A stretch of 64,000 nucleotides of DNA from an uncultured Gammaproteobacteria bacterium (GTDB lineage: Bacteria > Patescibacteriota > Microgenomatia > UBA10105 > UBA927): NCBI GenBank assembly GCA_964596355.1, contig CAZQTD010000001.1, positions 68,446 through 132,445 on the forward strand. Reading direction: 5' to 3'. This document shows positions 1 to 10,287 of the stretch, piece by piece; the first letter of the stretch is position 1, and the number at the start of each line of letters is the position of its first letter. A program made the position numbers and the translations under genes. Under the pieces are notes generated by a model. It did not search any database. It had not been told where the DNA came from and saw nothing but the letters and a program-made list of their open reading frames with translations.

Positions 1-765
1 GGCAGCGACCTGGCGAAGTATTGGCCGGTTCGCGCGTACGCGACAATTGTCAACTTTTTTTTGCGACAATATGACTTTGAGACTGCGCAAAGCGTCGATT
101 ATTTCGTTGCGAATTCTAAGGAGACCGCGCGGAGGGTTCGTAAGTTCTATAGGAGAGAGTCGACGGTGATCTACCCGCCGGTGGAGATACATTCCAAAAT
201 CCAACATTCAACATCCAACATAAATCCAAAAATCGAAATTCAAAACGGCTCCTATTACCTATCTGTCGGCCGGCTGACGTGGGCAAAGCGGGTGGATCTT
301 GCGATCGCGGCGTGTAATAAGCTCACACTGCCGCTAAAAATTGTAGGTACCGGTAAAGAAGAGGCATATTTGCGCTCGATTGCCGGCCCAACGGTTGAAT
401 TTCTTGGTGGCGTTTCGGATACTGAGTTGGCCTACCTGTACGCAGGAGCGCGGGCGCTCATTTTTTGCGCGCTGGATGAAGATTTTGGAATGGTGCCGGT
501 TGAAGCCATGGCGCATGGGACGCCGGTTGTTGCGCTTGCGCAGGGAGGCGTTTTGGAGACTGTACAAGATGGGAAAACCGGAGTACTTTTTCACGCGCCA
601 ACGCCTGAAGCGCTAGTGGAAGCGATAAAGAGATTAAAGAGATTAGGAAGCACCATGGAAAAACAGTGCAGGCAGCAGGCGATACAGTTCAGCAAAGAAC
701 GGTTTAAAAAAGAATTCAAACAGTTTGTTCAAGAGCAGTATGTTGCACATTGTTCACAACGGTAG
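1..765 (+). CDS. Glycosyltransferase family 4 (GT-B), 5'-truncated by window edge
   Basis: YLSVGRL..KRVDLAI and EDFGMVPVEAMAHGTPV (EX7E) motifs; the frame is open from base 1. Confidence 0.9.
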   Translation, partial: GSDLAKYWPVRAYATIVNFFLRQYDFETAQSVDYFVANSKETARRVRKFYRRESTVIYPPVEIHSKIQHSTSNINPKIEIQNGSYYLSVGRLTWAKRVDLAIAACNKLTLPLKIVGTGKEEAYLRSIAGPTVEFLGGVSDTELAYLYAGARALIFCALDEDFGMVPVEAMAHGTPVVALAQGGVLETVQDGKTGVLFHAPTPEALVEAIKRLKRLGSTMEKQCRQQAIQFSKERFKKEFKQFVQEQYVAHCSQR

Positions 766-862
766 TCTTACGGTGTATACTACACTTTACCCCCTCAAAA
801 AATCCCCGTTCGGCGGCTAACGACAGGGCTTTTTTCAGGATATATTGACGGGAGCACGTACG

Positions 863-1789
863 ATGCCCCATGCAGTTTTAGAAGTCCGTCATCTGACAAA
901 ACGGTTTGGTCCCCCGGGAACGGGAGTAACCGCCGTCGACGACATTTCCTTTTCCGTGAAGGAAGGGGAGATTGTGGGGATGTTAGGCAGAAACGGCGCG
1001 GGAAAAACAACGACTGTTTCCATGCTCATGGGGCTTTTGACGCCAACGAGCGGTGAAATTCGGATATTTGGTCGCGATTTTGAAACGCATCGGGAGGAAC
1101 TGTTAGGGCAGGTAAATTTTTCATCTGCTTACATCAATTTTCCATACATGCTAACTGTTAGAGAAAATCTTGAGATCTTTGCCATGCTCTACGACGTGCC
1201 GGATCGGCGGAAACGGGTAGAGGACGTTATCCGGCTTTTTGAAATTGAACAGTTGGCAACCAAGCAATACCTCTATCTTTCAGCAGGTCAGCAAGCGCGG
1301 GTTCATTTGGCTAAGGCAGTTATTAACACTCCGCGGATACTGTTCCTTGATGAACCCACCGCTGCTTTGGATCCAAATATCGCGGACATAGTGCGCAAGC
1401 TCATCATATCCATGCAAAAAAAACAGCGCATGACAGTGCTTTTAACCTCTCACAACATGGCGGAGGTTGAGGAGATTTGCGATCGCGTGCTTTTTATCGA
1501 TAACGGCGTGCTTATCGCTCAAGATACGCCGTATGGGTTGGCCAAACGCATTACAAAGACAACCATCAACCTGATGATCAAAGACGGAATGAAGCGGACG
1601 CTTGAATACTGTAAAAAACACGGGTTTGTAGCCAAGCAGGAAGGAAGATACGTGACGATTCCGCTTTCGGAAGAAGACATCGTCTATTTCTTGACATTTT
1701 TGGCAGAGCGAAACATCGTCTATGAAGAAATAAGCATCGACCGGCCGACGCTTGAAGATTTTTTTCTGGAGCACGCAAGGGGGAAGTGA
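863..1789 (+). CDS. ABC transporter ATP-binding protein (ABC-2/DrrA-like)
   Basis: Walker A GRNGAGKT, signature LSAGQ, Walker B ILFLDEPT, SH switch. Confidence 0.93.
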   Translation: MPHAVLEVRHLTKRFGPPGTGVTAVDDISFSVKEGEIVGMLGRNGAGKTTTVSMLMGLLTPTSGEIRIFGRDFETHREELLGQVNFSSAYINFPYMLTVRENLEIFAMLYDVPDRRKRVEDVIRLFEIEQLATKQYLYLSAGQQARVHLAKAVINTPRILFLDEPTAALDPNIADIVRKLIISMQKKQRMTVLLTSHNMAEVEEICDRVLFIDNGVLIAQDTPYGLAKRITKTTINLMIKDGMKRTLEYCKKHGFVAKQEGRYVTIPLSEEDIVYFLTFLAERNIVYEEISIDRPTLEDFFLEHARGK

Positions 1790-2574
1790 TGAACTGGACG
1801 CGCGTTTTTGGCATGATCAGACGCAATTTTTATGTGTGGATCCGAGACCTTGACCGGCTGTTTGACGCCTTTTGGTGGGCGTTTTTTGATCTTGTCATCT
1901 GGGGACTCATGAGCACGTACTTTACTCAAGGTGTCTCCCACTCAAACCTTGTACAACAGATACTGATTGGTATTATTCTCTGGAGCGTGCTTGCCCGGTC
2001 ACAATGGGAAATGTCTTCGTCCATGCTCTTGGAGTCTTGGGAAAAGAATCTCATTAATATATTCGCGTCGCCATTGACTGTTGGCGAATTCATAGTATCG
2101 AGTATCCTTTTGGGTGTCGGTAAGCTTCTCCTCGTCTTTTTCTTTATGTCAGGTGTTGCATTTCTTTTCTACCACTTCAACATCTTCGCCATGAGCTGGT
2201 GGATCGTGCCGCTTCTTGTCAACGTCTTTTTAACCAGTATTTGGATTGCGCTTGTAGTCAACGCGCTCATCCTTCGGTTTGGCAAGCGCGTCATGTCATT
2301 TGCCTGGACGCTCGTTGTTGTTGTCAATCCGCTTTCCGGCGTCATGTACCCGATTGCCGCGCTTCCCAAAGCGCTTCAGATTATCTCGTACGCAGTTCCC
2401 ACTTCTTACGTGTTTGAAGGGATGCGGTCGCTTTTGACAACTGGATCCATGGATGTAACGTATATATGGATGAGCATGCTTCTTAATGGCGTCTATACGG
2501 CATTGAGTGTCCTTTTATACGTTTCTACGTTTCAAAAGGCGCGCGCGAACGGATGGCTCATCAAACTGGCCTGA
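1786..2574 (+). CDS. ABC-2 type transporter permease
   Basis: About 6 TM helices, SGVMYPIAALP motif, overlaps the ATPase stop. Confidence 0.9.
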   Translation: MMNWTRVFGMIRRNFYVWIRDLDRLFDAFWWAFFDLVIWGLMSTYFTQGVSHSNLVQQILIGIILWSVLARSQWEMSSSMLLESWEKNLINIFASPLTVGEFIVSSILLGVGKLLLVFFFMSGVAFLFYHFNIFAMSWWIVPLLVNVFLTSIWIALVVNALILRFGKRVMSFAWTLVVVVNPLSGVMYPIAALPKALQIISYAVPTSYVFEGMRSLLTTGSMDVTYIWMSMLLNGVYTALSVLLYVSTFQKARANGWLIKLA

Positions 2575-2653
2575 CAATTGTTTGACAAATTGGGTCTTTT
2601 CTCTTACTATAGTTGGAGTTGCGCGTCAGGACGCGCTTTTGTAACTGCGCGAT

Positions 2654-3352
2654 ATGACAAACCATAAAGACGCCTACGTTTTGTCTCTAGGGGGATCGCT
2701 TATCGTCCCCAACGGCGGCATTGACACCCGCTTTCTTCAGAGCTTTAACAGCTTCATTCGAGAACAAATCTCCTCCAAAAAGAGGAGATTTTTTATCGTG
2801 GCAGGCGGCGGCGGCACGAGCCGCAATTATCAAAAAGCGGCTCGCCAGGTCCGCGGAGAGATAGAACACGAAGATTCGGACTGGCTGGGGCTCCATGCCA
2901 CTCGGCTCAACGCACAGCTTATTCGCACTATTTTTCGCGATGTGGCTGACCCGAGGGTCATCAAGCACTATGAAATAATTTTGAAAATTGACAAGCCTGT
3001 CGCGGTTGCCGCAGGCTGGAAACCCGGGTGGAGCACGGATTACTGCGCGGTAACTCTCTGTCAGGACTACGGCGTTTCGCACGTCATGAACCTCACCAAC
3101 ATTGACCGCGTGTATGACAAAGACCCTCAAAAATATCCCAACGCAAAACCGCTTCATGAAATTACCTGGGACGCATATCGCTCAATGATCGGCGATGTGT
3201 GGGAGCCGGGCTTGAATACACCGTTTGATCCAATTGCCTCCAAGCTGGCACAGGAGCTTGGCATCACGGTCAAAATTCTTAACGGAAAGGATCTGGAGAA
3301 TGTGGGCAAAGCGCTTGACGGCAAACCGTTCCACGGGACGACGATAAAATAA
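2654..3352 (+). CDS. pyrH: UMP kinase (archaeal-type short form)
   Basis: VLSLGGSLI, GGGG..R, PGWSTD, TNIDRVYDKDP, PFDPIAS motifs. Confidence 0.9.
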   Translation: MTNHKDAYVLSLGGSLIVPNGGIDTRFLQSFNSFIREQISSKKRRFFIVAGGGGTSRNYQKAARQVRGEIEHEDSDWLGLHATRLNAQLIRTIFRDVADPRVIKHYEIILKIDKPVAVAAGWKPGWSTDYCAVTLCQDYGVSHVMNLTNIDRVYDKDPQKYPNAKPLHEITWDAYRSMIGDVWEPGLNTPFDPIASKLAQELGITVKILNGKDLENVGKALDGKPFHGTTIK

Positions 3353-3397
3353 GCGATAAACGGATACGCAATACAGGAAACGTGGTACAATCGCGCC

Positions 3398-4477
3398 ATG
3401 GTGATTGATCTTCTCGCGCTTCGGCAGTTTCGAAGTTATTTAAACGCCTCCTTTTCGTTCTCGCCGGCAGTGACGCTGATTGTCGGAGGCAACGCCGTTG
3501 GAAAAACCAACATCATAGAGTCAATCTACTTATTGGCCACAGCGAGAAGTTTCCGGACAGCGCACGATCGCGAAGTCATCCGGTGGGGGGGCGAGTTGTC
3601 AGTTGTCAGTTGTCAGTTGTCAACCACAGACGAACCTGTCACGCTGGAACTAACGATTACTTCAGGAATGGTGGGCGGGCAAAAAGCGCCGCTTAAAAAA
3701 TATCTCGTCAATGGCGTTGCGAGGCGGCAGATTGATTTTGTAGGGACGATGCGCGCGGTATTGTTTTGGCCGGAAGACTTGCAACTTGTGACGGATAGTC
3801 CCAGTATCAGGCGCAGGTATTTAGACAGCGTGCTTGTTCAGGTAGACCGAGAGTATCGCAGAAACCTTGTTTCCTATGAACGGGGTTTGCGGCAGCGAAA
3901 TAGACTGCTAGACGCCATCAGCGAGGGGAAAGCGTCCAGAAGCCAGCTTCTTTTTTGGAATCAACTGTTAATCAAAGCAGGATCGTTCCTTACGGACGCG
4001 CGGGCACGGTATATTGACACTATCAATGCGTATCCTGCATTGAGCGTCGCGTGCCGCTTAGAGTACGATAAAAGCGTTATTTCCGAATCGCGGCTTGAAC
4101 AGTACAAAGACGAGGAGGTCGCGGCAAAGGCAACGCTGGTTGGGCCGCACAGGGACGATTTCACGTTTATGATACGCAACAAGCGGAAGCAGGCAAGCAA
4201 TACGATGGATGTATCACTTTGTTCGTATGGAAGCAGAGGAGAACAACGGTTGGCGATCTTATGGTTGAAACTTGCGGAGCTTGCGTTTATTCAACACGAG
4301 ACGGGAGAGCGGCCGATCCTCCTTCTTGATGATATTTTTTCCGAACTTGATGATGATCACCGAAGAATTGTTTTGGACATCGTTGACAAGCAGCAGACAA
4401 TTGTTACCAGTTCTGAAAAAGACGTAATAGACGCAGTGGAGCGTGTGCACCGAGCGCATGCAATTATTCGATTATGA
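3398..4477 (+). CDS. recF: DNA replication/repair protein RecF
   Basis: GGNAVGKTN, RRRYLD, GPHRDD, GSRGEQR, LLLDDIFSELD. Confidence 0.95.
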   Translation: MVIDLLALRQFRSYLNASFSFSPAVTLIVGGNAVGKTNIIESIYLLATARSFRTAHDREVIRWGGELSVVSCQLSTTDEPVTLELTITSGMVGGQKAPLKKYLVNGVARRQIDFVGTMRAVLFWPEDLQLVTDSPSIRRRYLDSVLVQVDREYRRNLVSYERGLRQRNRLLDAISEGKASRSQLLFWNQLLIKAGSFLTDARARYIDTINAYPALSVACRLEYDKSVISESRLEQYKDEEVAAKATLVGPHRDDFTFMIRNKRKQASNTMDVSLCSYGSRGEQRLAILWLKLAELAFIQHETGERPILLLDDIFSELDDDHRRIVLDIVDKQQTIVTSSEKDVIDAVERVHRAHAIIRL

Positions 4478-5397
4478 AACACGTAACTGCACGTGACATG
4501 AATGAGCTGTATATCCCCCCGAAGGGATCGCATAAGGGTCAAAACGGCAAACTCCTCATTATTGGCGGCAGTCATCTGTTTCATGCCGCGAGCCTGTGGG
4601 CGTTGACGGTAGCGTCGCGCATCGTCGATCTCGTGCACTACTCATCTGTGCCGGAAAATAACGAGCTCGTTGTCAAAGCCAAAGAGAAATTTCGCAACGG
4701 CATTGTGGCTCCACGAGGCGAGGTTGAGAGTTATATTGAAGAAGATGATTGCATCCTGATTGGACCGGGAATGGTCCGACCGCACGGTTTGGATGCTCCA
4801 CACTCTACGCTCGAAGTTCAAAATACAATCCAAATTCAAAATCTCAATGAGCTTAGTGAGATTCAAGAAGAAGGGCAACAGACGGCTGCATTAACCAATT
4901 ATTTACTTGCTAAACACCCAAACAAGCAGTGGGTGATAGACGCTGGCGCGCTCCAGACGCTTGATGTAGCGGTCATTCCAAAAAACGCGATACTGACGCC
5001 GCACCGTAGAGAGTTTGACGGGCTTTGGAACAAATTCCACACGCTGAATGCCACATACCAAAGAGAATCTATTTTAGACGAGGAGAGGGTTCATTTATTT
5101 GCGAACGAATATCGTTGCATCGTGCTTCTGAAAGGGCAGAAAGATATTGCGTCGAACGGAAAAGAAATGAGGGAAATTATCGGCGGGAATGCCGGCATGA
5201 CCAAAGGCGGTACGGGCGACGTGCTTGCCGGACTGATTGCTGCTTTGGCATGCAAAAACGATCCGTTTCTGGCAGCTATCGCCGGCAGCTTCATCAACAA
5301 AAAGGCAGGAGACGCGCTTTACAGCAGGGTTGGACCGTACTTTAACGCGACGGATCTTGTCAATCAGATTCCGCTGACAATGAACCAGCTGCACTAG
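4474..5397 (+). CDS. nnrD: ADP-dependent NAD(P)H-hydrate dehydratase (YjeF C-terminal)
   Basis: SHKGQNGKLLIIGGS, IGPG, VIDAGAL, LTPH..EF, GGTGDVLAG. Confidence 0.9.
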   Translation: MKHVTARDMNELYIPPKGSHKGQNGKLLIIGGSHLFHAASLWALTVASRIVDLVHYSSVPENNELVVKAKEKFRNGIVAPRGEVESYIEEDDCILIGPGMVRPHGLDAPHSTLEVQNTIQIQNLNELSEIQEEGQQTAALTNYLLAKHPNKQWVIDAGALQTLDVAVIPKNAILTPHRREFDGLWNKFHTLNATYQRESILDEERVHLFANEYRCIVLLKGQKDIASNGKEMREIIGGNAGMTKGGTGDVLAGLIAALACKNDPFLAAIAGSFINKKAGDALYSRVGPYFNATDLVNQIPLTMNQLH

Positions 5398-5657
5398 GTT
5401 TCCAACGTTTCAATCAGCCTCGAGAGATTTACCGTGATCACAACGGCAATCGTGGTTACAAGAACAGCATAGAGCGCAAGAGACAGAAGTCCGCTTCCTT
5501 TCGGAAGGAAGGGTTCAATGTAATCATTGATGAGTTTCTGCACGACATTGTTCCACGCAAGCGCGGCAACCAAACTAAATCCGCCGGTGGCAAGCGACAC
5601 TATCTGCTTGAGAACCGCAAGATGCACCTTCCGTTTTGATTGCTTTTTGAGAACCAT
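5394..5657 (-). CDS. Small two-TM membrane protein (DUF5654-like)
   Basis: GFSLVAALAWN motif; ATG at 5657 lies 6 nt after TATAAT. Confidence 0.75.
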   Translation of the reverse strand: MVLKKQSKRKVHLAVLKQIVSLATGGFSLVAALAWNNVVQKLINDYIEPFLPKGSGLLSLALYAVLVTTIAVVITVNLSRLIETLET

Positions 5658-5709
5658 GCGGGTATTATACGGGATAAGAAGACGTTTGTTAAAGTGCCAT
5701 ATTGTTATT

Positions 5710-6756
5710 ATGTACGCTCCCACGTTCACGATCACAAATGCAATCTTAAAATACATCGGCATTATAGAAGCGGCCAAAGAGGTCATTGAAAATTCACCGC
5801 TTGTGCCTGCGTGGGAAGCGAGGTTCCGCGAAGACGCGCTGGTTCGCACCGTGCACCACGGGACGCATATTGAAGGAAATGAGCTGAACATGTCTGAAGC
5901 CGAGCGCGTGCTTGCCGGCGCAAAAGTGTTGGGTCGCGAGAGGGACATTCAGGAAGTATTGAATTACCGAAACGTCCTTAAATTTATCGAAGAATTTGAC
6001 AAATCGGAGATTACAGAAGAAACGCTCAAGCATATCCATAAACTGACAGTTCATAGAATCCTTGCGGATCACGCCGTGGGGGACTACCGCAAGACGCAGG
6101 TGGTTGTAAAAAACAGTCAAACCGGCGAAGTAACGTTCCGGCCGCCTCCGGCTGTAGAGGTGCCGTTTATGATCGCTTCGTTTTTGCGATGGGTGAGCGA
6201 CACCACGCCGGAACAGATGCATCCGGTTTTGAAAGCCGGTGTTTCACAGTATGAGATTGTACGCATCCACCCGTTTCTTGACGGCAACGGCAGGGTCGCG
6301 CGGGCGATGGCGACACTGGTTCTCTGTATGGATGGGTATGACATCAAGCGGTTTTTTTCACTCGAAGAGCATTACGATCGTGAGCCAACGGCCTACTATG
6401 ATGCTCTTCAGGCGGTAGGCAGGCAGCAGGGCAACATGACGCCGTGGCTTGAGTATTTTACTCAAGGTCTTGCGATAGAATTAACGCGCATCAAGGAAAA
6501 AGTTAAGTCACTATCCACAGATCTCAAGATTAAAAAATCGCTTGGAGGGCAGCAGATGGCGCTCACCGAGCGGCAAATAAAAATCATTGAATTTATACAG
6601 GAGAACGGATTTTTGCAGAACAAGGCTTTTTTTGAGCTTTTTCCGATGATTTCTGAAGACACCGTGCTACGCGAATTGAAGGATCTCATTAAAAAGGGTA
6701 TAGTGAAAAAAGAAGGCACGACCAAAGGCGTACGATACGTACTGCGGAGTGCGTAA
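5710..6756 (+). CDS. Fic family AMPylase with N-terminal inhibitory helix and C-terminal HTH
   Basis: HPFLDGNGRVAR catalytic motif; GTHIEGN inhibitory motif; SEDTVLRELKDL wHTH. Confidence 0.92.
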   Translation: MYAPTFTITNAILKYIGIIEAAKEVIENSPLVPAWEARFREDALVRTVHHGTHIEGNELNMSEAERVLAGAKVLGRERDIQEVLNYRNVLKFIEEFDKSEITEETLKHIHKLTVHRILADHAVGDYRKTQVVVKNSQTGEVTFRPPPAVEVPFMIASFLRWVSDTTPEQMHPVLKAGVSQYEIVRIHPFLDGNGRVARAMATLVLCMDGYDIKRFFSLEEHYDREPTAYYDALQAVGRQQGNMTPWLEYFTQGLAIELTRIKEKVKSLSTDLKIKKSLGGQQMALTERQIKIIEFIQENGFLQNKAFFELFPMISEDTVLRELKDLIKKGIVKKEGTTKGVRYVLRSA

Positions 6757-6841
6757 AATGGCATTGGTTCATCGTTCAACGTTATGAGCAATTCAAACAA
6801 TGTTCTGTCAACCATGAACAATTAACGATGGACATGTAACT

Positions 6842-7027
6842 ATGGATCTATCCGGCTCCGGCGTTATCTACGCGTTTCTCATAGTGCCGCTCCTATTCGC
6901 TGTTGTGGTCATCATTCAGGGGATTGAGAAGGCCGTGCGAAATGAGGCTGAAGGCTATGTGGCACTGGGATTTGGCGCTGCGTTTATTGTACTCATTGCC
7001 GCTGCCTACATTCTATTCATAAAGTGA
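6842..7027 (+). CDS. Small two-TM hypothetical membrane protein
   Basis: 61-aa ORF with two hydrophobic helices filling the intergenic gap. Confidence 0.65.
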   Translation: MDLSGSGVIYAFLIVPLLFAVVVIIQGIEKAVRNEAEGYVALGFGAAFIVLIAAAYILFIK

Positions 7028-7072
7028 TAGGAAATACGACCGCCTTTCGCGCATGACGTATCGCAACGCACT

Positions 7073-8797
7073 ATGTACTTCTCGGATCTTGCACGGTATT
7101 TCAAAAAACTTGAAGATACTCCGTCGCGAAACGCGATGACGGAGATTCTTGCAGACCTTTTTCGTCATGTGACAGGCGATGAGATTAGGAAAATCTGCTA
7201 CCTCCTGCAGGGACGCGTTGTTCCCTTGTATGAAGCGCTTGAGTTTGGCGTTGCGGATAAGTTTATGATTCGCGCGGTTGCGAAGGCATATGAAGTGAAC
7301 GAGAAGCGCGTTGAGCATGAATTGAAAAGAACAGGGGATTTAGGCGTCGTTGCGTTCGTCTGTTACCATGTTTTAAAACATAGTAACAGACGAATGCTGT
7401 CGGTTCAGGATGCCTACGACGCGCTATACGACTTGGCGCACGCTTCTGGCGAAGGTTCACAGGAAAAGAAAATAGAGCTGCTTGCTGATCTGTTAAGATC
7501 AGTTGAGGCGCTCTCGGCCCGCTACCTTGCGAGGATTCCACTTGATAAGCTGCGCCTTGGATTTTCCGATATGACAATGCTGGACGCGTTGTCGTGGATG
7601 GAAAAAGGCGATAAGTCACTGCGGGGAGCGCTTGAAGATGCGTACAACGTGCGGCCGGACATCGGCTACATTGCACAAACCCTCAAAACACATGGCGAAA
7701 ACGGTTTGAGCCATATACATGCGAAAGTCGGTGTACCAATCCTTGCGGCGCTCTGTCAGCGGCTTCCGAGTGCCGATGATATGATCAAAAAAATGGGCAA
7801 GGCAGCAGTTGAGCCTAAATTTGATGGCGTGAGGGTGCAGATCCATTATCAGCAATCAACGGTAAAAACGTTTTCCAGAAACCTTGAAAATACCACGGCG
7901 ATGTTTCCCGAGTTATCAGATATCGGGAGAAGCATTGCCGGCCGTGAAGTGATCCTCGATAGCGAAGCCGTGGGCATTGACCCTGCAACGAACCGTCTAA
8001 TTCCGTTTCAAGAAACGATGACGAGGAAGCGCAAGTATAATATTGAGGGAGCTCGGCGAAGCGTGCCGCTTCGATTTTTTGTCTTTGATATTCTCTACAA
8101 AGACGGCAGAGATTTGCTCCATACGCCGCTTTCCGACCGGCGGCGCATTCTGGAGGCGACGCTTACAAAACGTACCGTCTGCGCAATTTCACCGCAGATT
8201 GTCACAAGCGATCCGGGGACGCTTCGGGAGTATCATGAGGAACAGCTCCGGAGGGGGCTGGAGGGCGTCGTCGTGAAAAAATGGGAAAGCTTCTACGAGC
8301 CGGGCAGGAGGGGGTATTCGTGGGTTAAATTTAAGGAGGAAGAAGGCAAAACCGGAAAACTCAACGATACGATTGATGCGGTTATCATGGGATACTATGC
8401 CGGGGAAGGAAAACGTGCGGGATTTGGCATCGGCATGTTTTTGGCGGGAATCAGAAAAGGCGAGCACTTTGTGACGGTGACCAAGATTGGCACGGGCGTT
8501 TCCGATGAACTGTGGAAGCTTCTGCGCAAGCAGCTTGAAGACATAAAGGTTAAGGGTCAGCCAAAGGAATATGCACAGGTAGCAAAACAGCTTGTTCCTG
8601 ATGTTTGGGTTGCGCCAAAGATCGTCGTTGAGATTGCAGGAGATGATTTGACCCGTTCGCCTTCTCACGGGGCGGGGTTTGCCGTACGCTTTCCGCGGCT
8701 CGTGCGGATCCGCACGGATAAGTCGCCTTCCGAAGCAACAACGGTGCGCGAAATACACGCGATGTATACGCAGCAAAGAGGAGGCGTCACGCCATGA
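7073..8797 (+). CDS. lig: ATP-dependent DNA ligase (archaeal/eukaryote-like, with N-terminal DBD)
   Basis: EPKFDGVRVQIH motif I, EGVVVK, WVKFK, RFPR..RIRTDK. Confidence 0.95.
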   Translation: MYFSDLARYFKKLEDTPSRNAMTEILADLFRHVTGDEIRKICYLLQGRVVPLYEALEFGVADKFMIRAVAKAYEVNEKRVEHELKRTGDLGVVAFVCYHVLKHSNRRMLSVQDAYDALYDLAHASGEGSQEKKIELLADLLRSVEALSARYLARIPLDKLRLGFSDMTMLDALSWMEKGDKSLRGALEDAYNVRPDIGYIAQTLKTHGENGLSHIHAKVGVPILAALCQRLPSADDMIKKMGKAAVEPKFDGVRVQIHYQQSTVKTFSRNLENTTAMFPELSDIGRSIAGREVILDSEAVGIDPATNRLIPFQETMTRKRKYNIEGARRSVPLRFFVFDILYKDGRDLLHTPLSDRRRILEATLTKRTVCAISPQIVTSDPGTLREYHEEQLRRGLEGVVVKKWESFYEPGRRGYSWVKFKEEEGKTGKLNDTIDAVIMGYYAGEGKRAGFGIGMFLAGIRKGEHFVTVTKIGTGVSDELWKLLRKQLEDIKVKGQPKEYAQVAKQLVPDVWVAPKIVVEIAGDDLTRSPSHGAGFAVRFPRLVRIRTDKSPSEATTVREIHAMYTQQRGGVTP

Positions 8798-9417
8798 ATG
8801 AAGAATTACGACAGCACCTGAAAATCAAGCAATTTTTCTACGGCGCGATCCACATAACGTTTGTCAGCAGCATCCTCTATGCGTTTTATCACTTCGTCCG
8901 AACGCCCCGGATTTTTATCGTCACCAGACGCATGTGGGCGTATGAGTTTTGGATCATCATTTCATTTTATGCCTTGTTTATCTACCTCATTCTTACCGAT
9001 AGAGAGGGGAGGCTCAAGCGCCGGGAAGTACTAGAAAAGTTTCAGCGGATTCTGCGCGTCAACCTTCTCCTTCTTCTTTTCCCGTGGGGGTTATTTCTGA
9101 TTCTGGTTCCAAAGGAGTTATTGCTCCTTGTGGGACTGGGAGCTTTTTATTGGCGGGTGTTGGGACTGTTTTCTCTTTTTGGGTTTTTGCTGTACCTTTT
9201 TCCGTATAAATTTCACAGGCACAAGGTGTCTTACTACATTCTCTTTTTTGGCATCATTGACAATTTTCTTGCGGCGACGATTGTCCTTATCCTCTTCCTT
9301 GAGCGGCAGGTGCCGCTTGCCGCTTTATCCGCTGTTCCGCTTCTTTATTATTTTTCCTTCTTTTTCTACGAGCAGGTGCGTCGGTTTAAGGAAATCGCCT
9401 CCCGTCGCGCGCCATAG
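8794..9417 (+). CDS. Hypothetical multi-TM membrane protein
   Basis: 207-aa hydrophobic ORF coupled to lig (ATGA overlap). Confidence 0.7.
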   Translation: MNEELRQHLKIKQFFYGAIHITFVSSILYAFYHFVRTPRIFIVTRRMWAYEFWIIISFYALFIYLILTDREGRLKRREVLEKFQRILRVNLLLLLFPWGLFLILVPKELLLLVGLGAFYWRVLGLFSLFGFLLYLFPYKFHRHKVSYYILFFGIIDNFLAATIVLILFLERQVPLAALSAVPLLYYFSFFFYEQVRRFKEIASRRAP

Positions 9418-9459
9418 TTTGTAGGGGGCAAGAGTGCCGTATACTGCGCACATACTCAT

Positions 9460-10284
9460 ATGAATACGTTAAGATTCTCCGTCATTATTCCGGCGCTCAA
9501 TGAAGAAAAATTTCTGCCCCATCTTCTGCGTTCTCTTGTTCGGCAAACCGTGAAGAACTTTGAAGTGATTGTGGTAGACGGAAATTCTAAAGACAAAACC
9601 GTACACGTCGCCAACCAGTTTTCTGGCAAAGTTCCGCGCTTTCGCGTCATTGAGCTGGCACAAAGAGGCGTTTCGCGCCAACGAAACGCAGGCGCCAAAA
9701 CAGCCGGGGCTAACTGGTTGGTTTTTGTGGATGCCGACAGCGTCCTTCTTTCCAACTTTTTTGAACGGATAGAGAAGTTTATCACGCTTAAAAAACCGCA
9801 ATTTTTTACGACGTGGTTTAAAACAGACAGCGAAGAACCCGGAGACGCAATCGCCGGATTCTTTGGCAATATGATGCTTGAAGGATACTTGCTTGTGTCC
9901 CGTCCGTGGGCGCCGGGTCCGCTGACGATCGTAAAAAAAGATGTGTTCTGGCAGGCAGGGGGCTATGATGAAGACGCATCGTTTGGCGAAGATCATGATT
10001 TGGGGATGAAGATATTTGAACAGGGAGTGAAATTCCAAATTCTTCGGGAAATACTGTATATTTATTCGCTGCGGCGCTACCGGCAGGAGGGGAGTCTAAA
10101 AACGTGGGAACGCTACGCACAAAGCGCCATGCGCGTGCTTCTCACGAGGCGCGGCCCCAAGCACATCCCCGGGTTTATCGCAGGAGGCGAGCTCTACAAT
10201 CATCGGCGCAAGCGAAAAACATCGCTGTTTTCGAAATCATTTGAACAGAAAGTCAAACGATTCATGAAGGAGCTGATAGAGTAG
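9460..10284 (+). CDS. Glycosyltransferase family 2
   Basis: SVIIPALNEE, VVDGNSKD, FVDAD, GGYDE...EDHD. Confidence 0.92.
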   Translation: MNTLRFSVIIPALNEEKFLPHLLRSLVRQTVKNFEVIVVDGNSKDKTVHVANQFSGKVPRFRVIELAQRGVSRQRNAGAKTAGANWLVFVDADSVLLSNFFERIEKFITLKKPQFFTTWFKTDSEEPGDAIAGFFGNMMLEGYLLVSRPWAPGPLTIVKKDVFWQAGGYDEDASFGEDHDLGMKIFEQGVKFQILREILYIYSLRRYRQEGSLKTWERYAQSAMRVLLTRRGPKHIPGFIAGGELYNHRRKRKTSLFSKSFEQKVKRFMKELIE

Positions 10285-10287
10285 CCT

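Noticed and set aside
5527-5948. Long overlapping N-termini of fic and the opposite-strand membrane gene
   Set aside because: Artefact of the longest-ORF rule. True starts at 5710(+) and 5657(-) do not overlap. The same applies to 23836-25608, 36536-38395 and 46825-48324.
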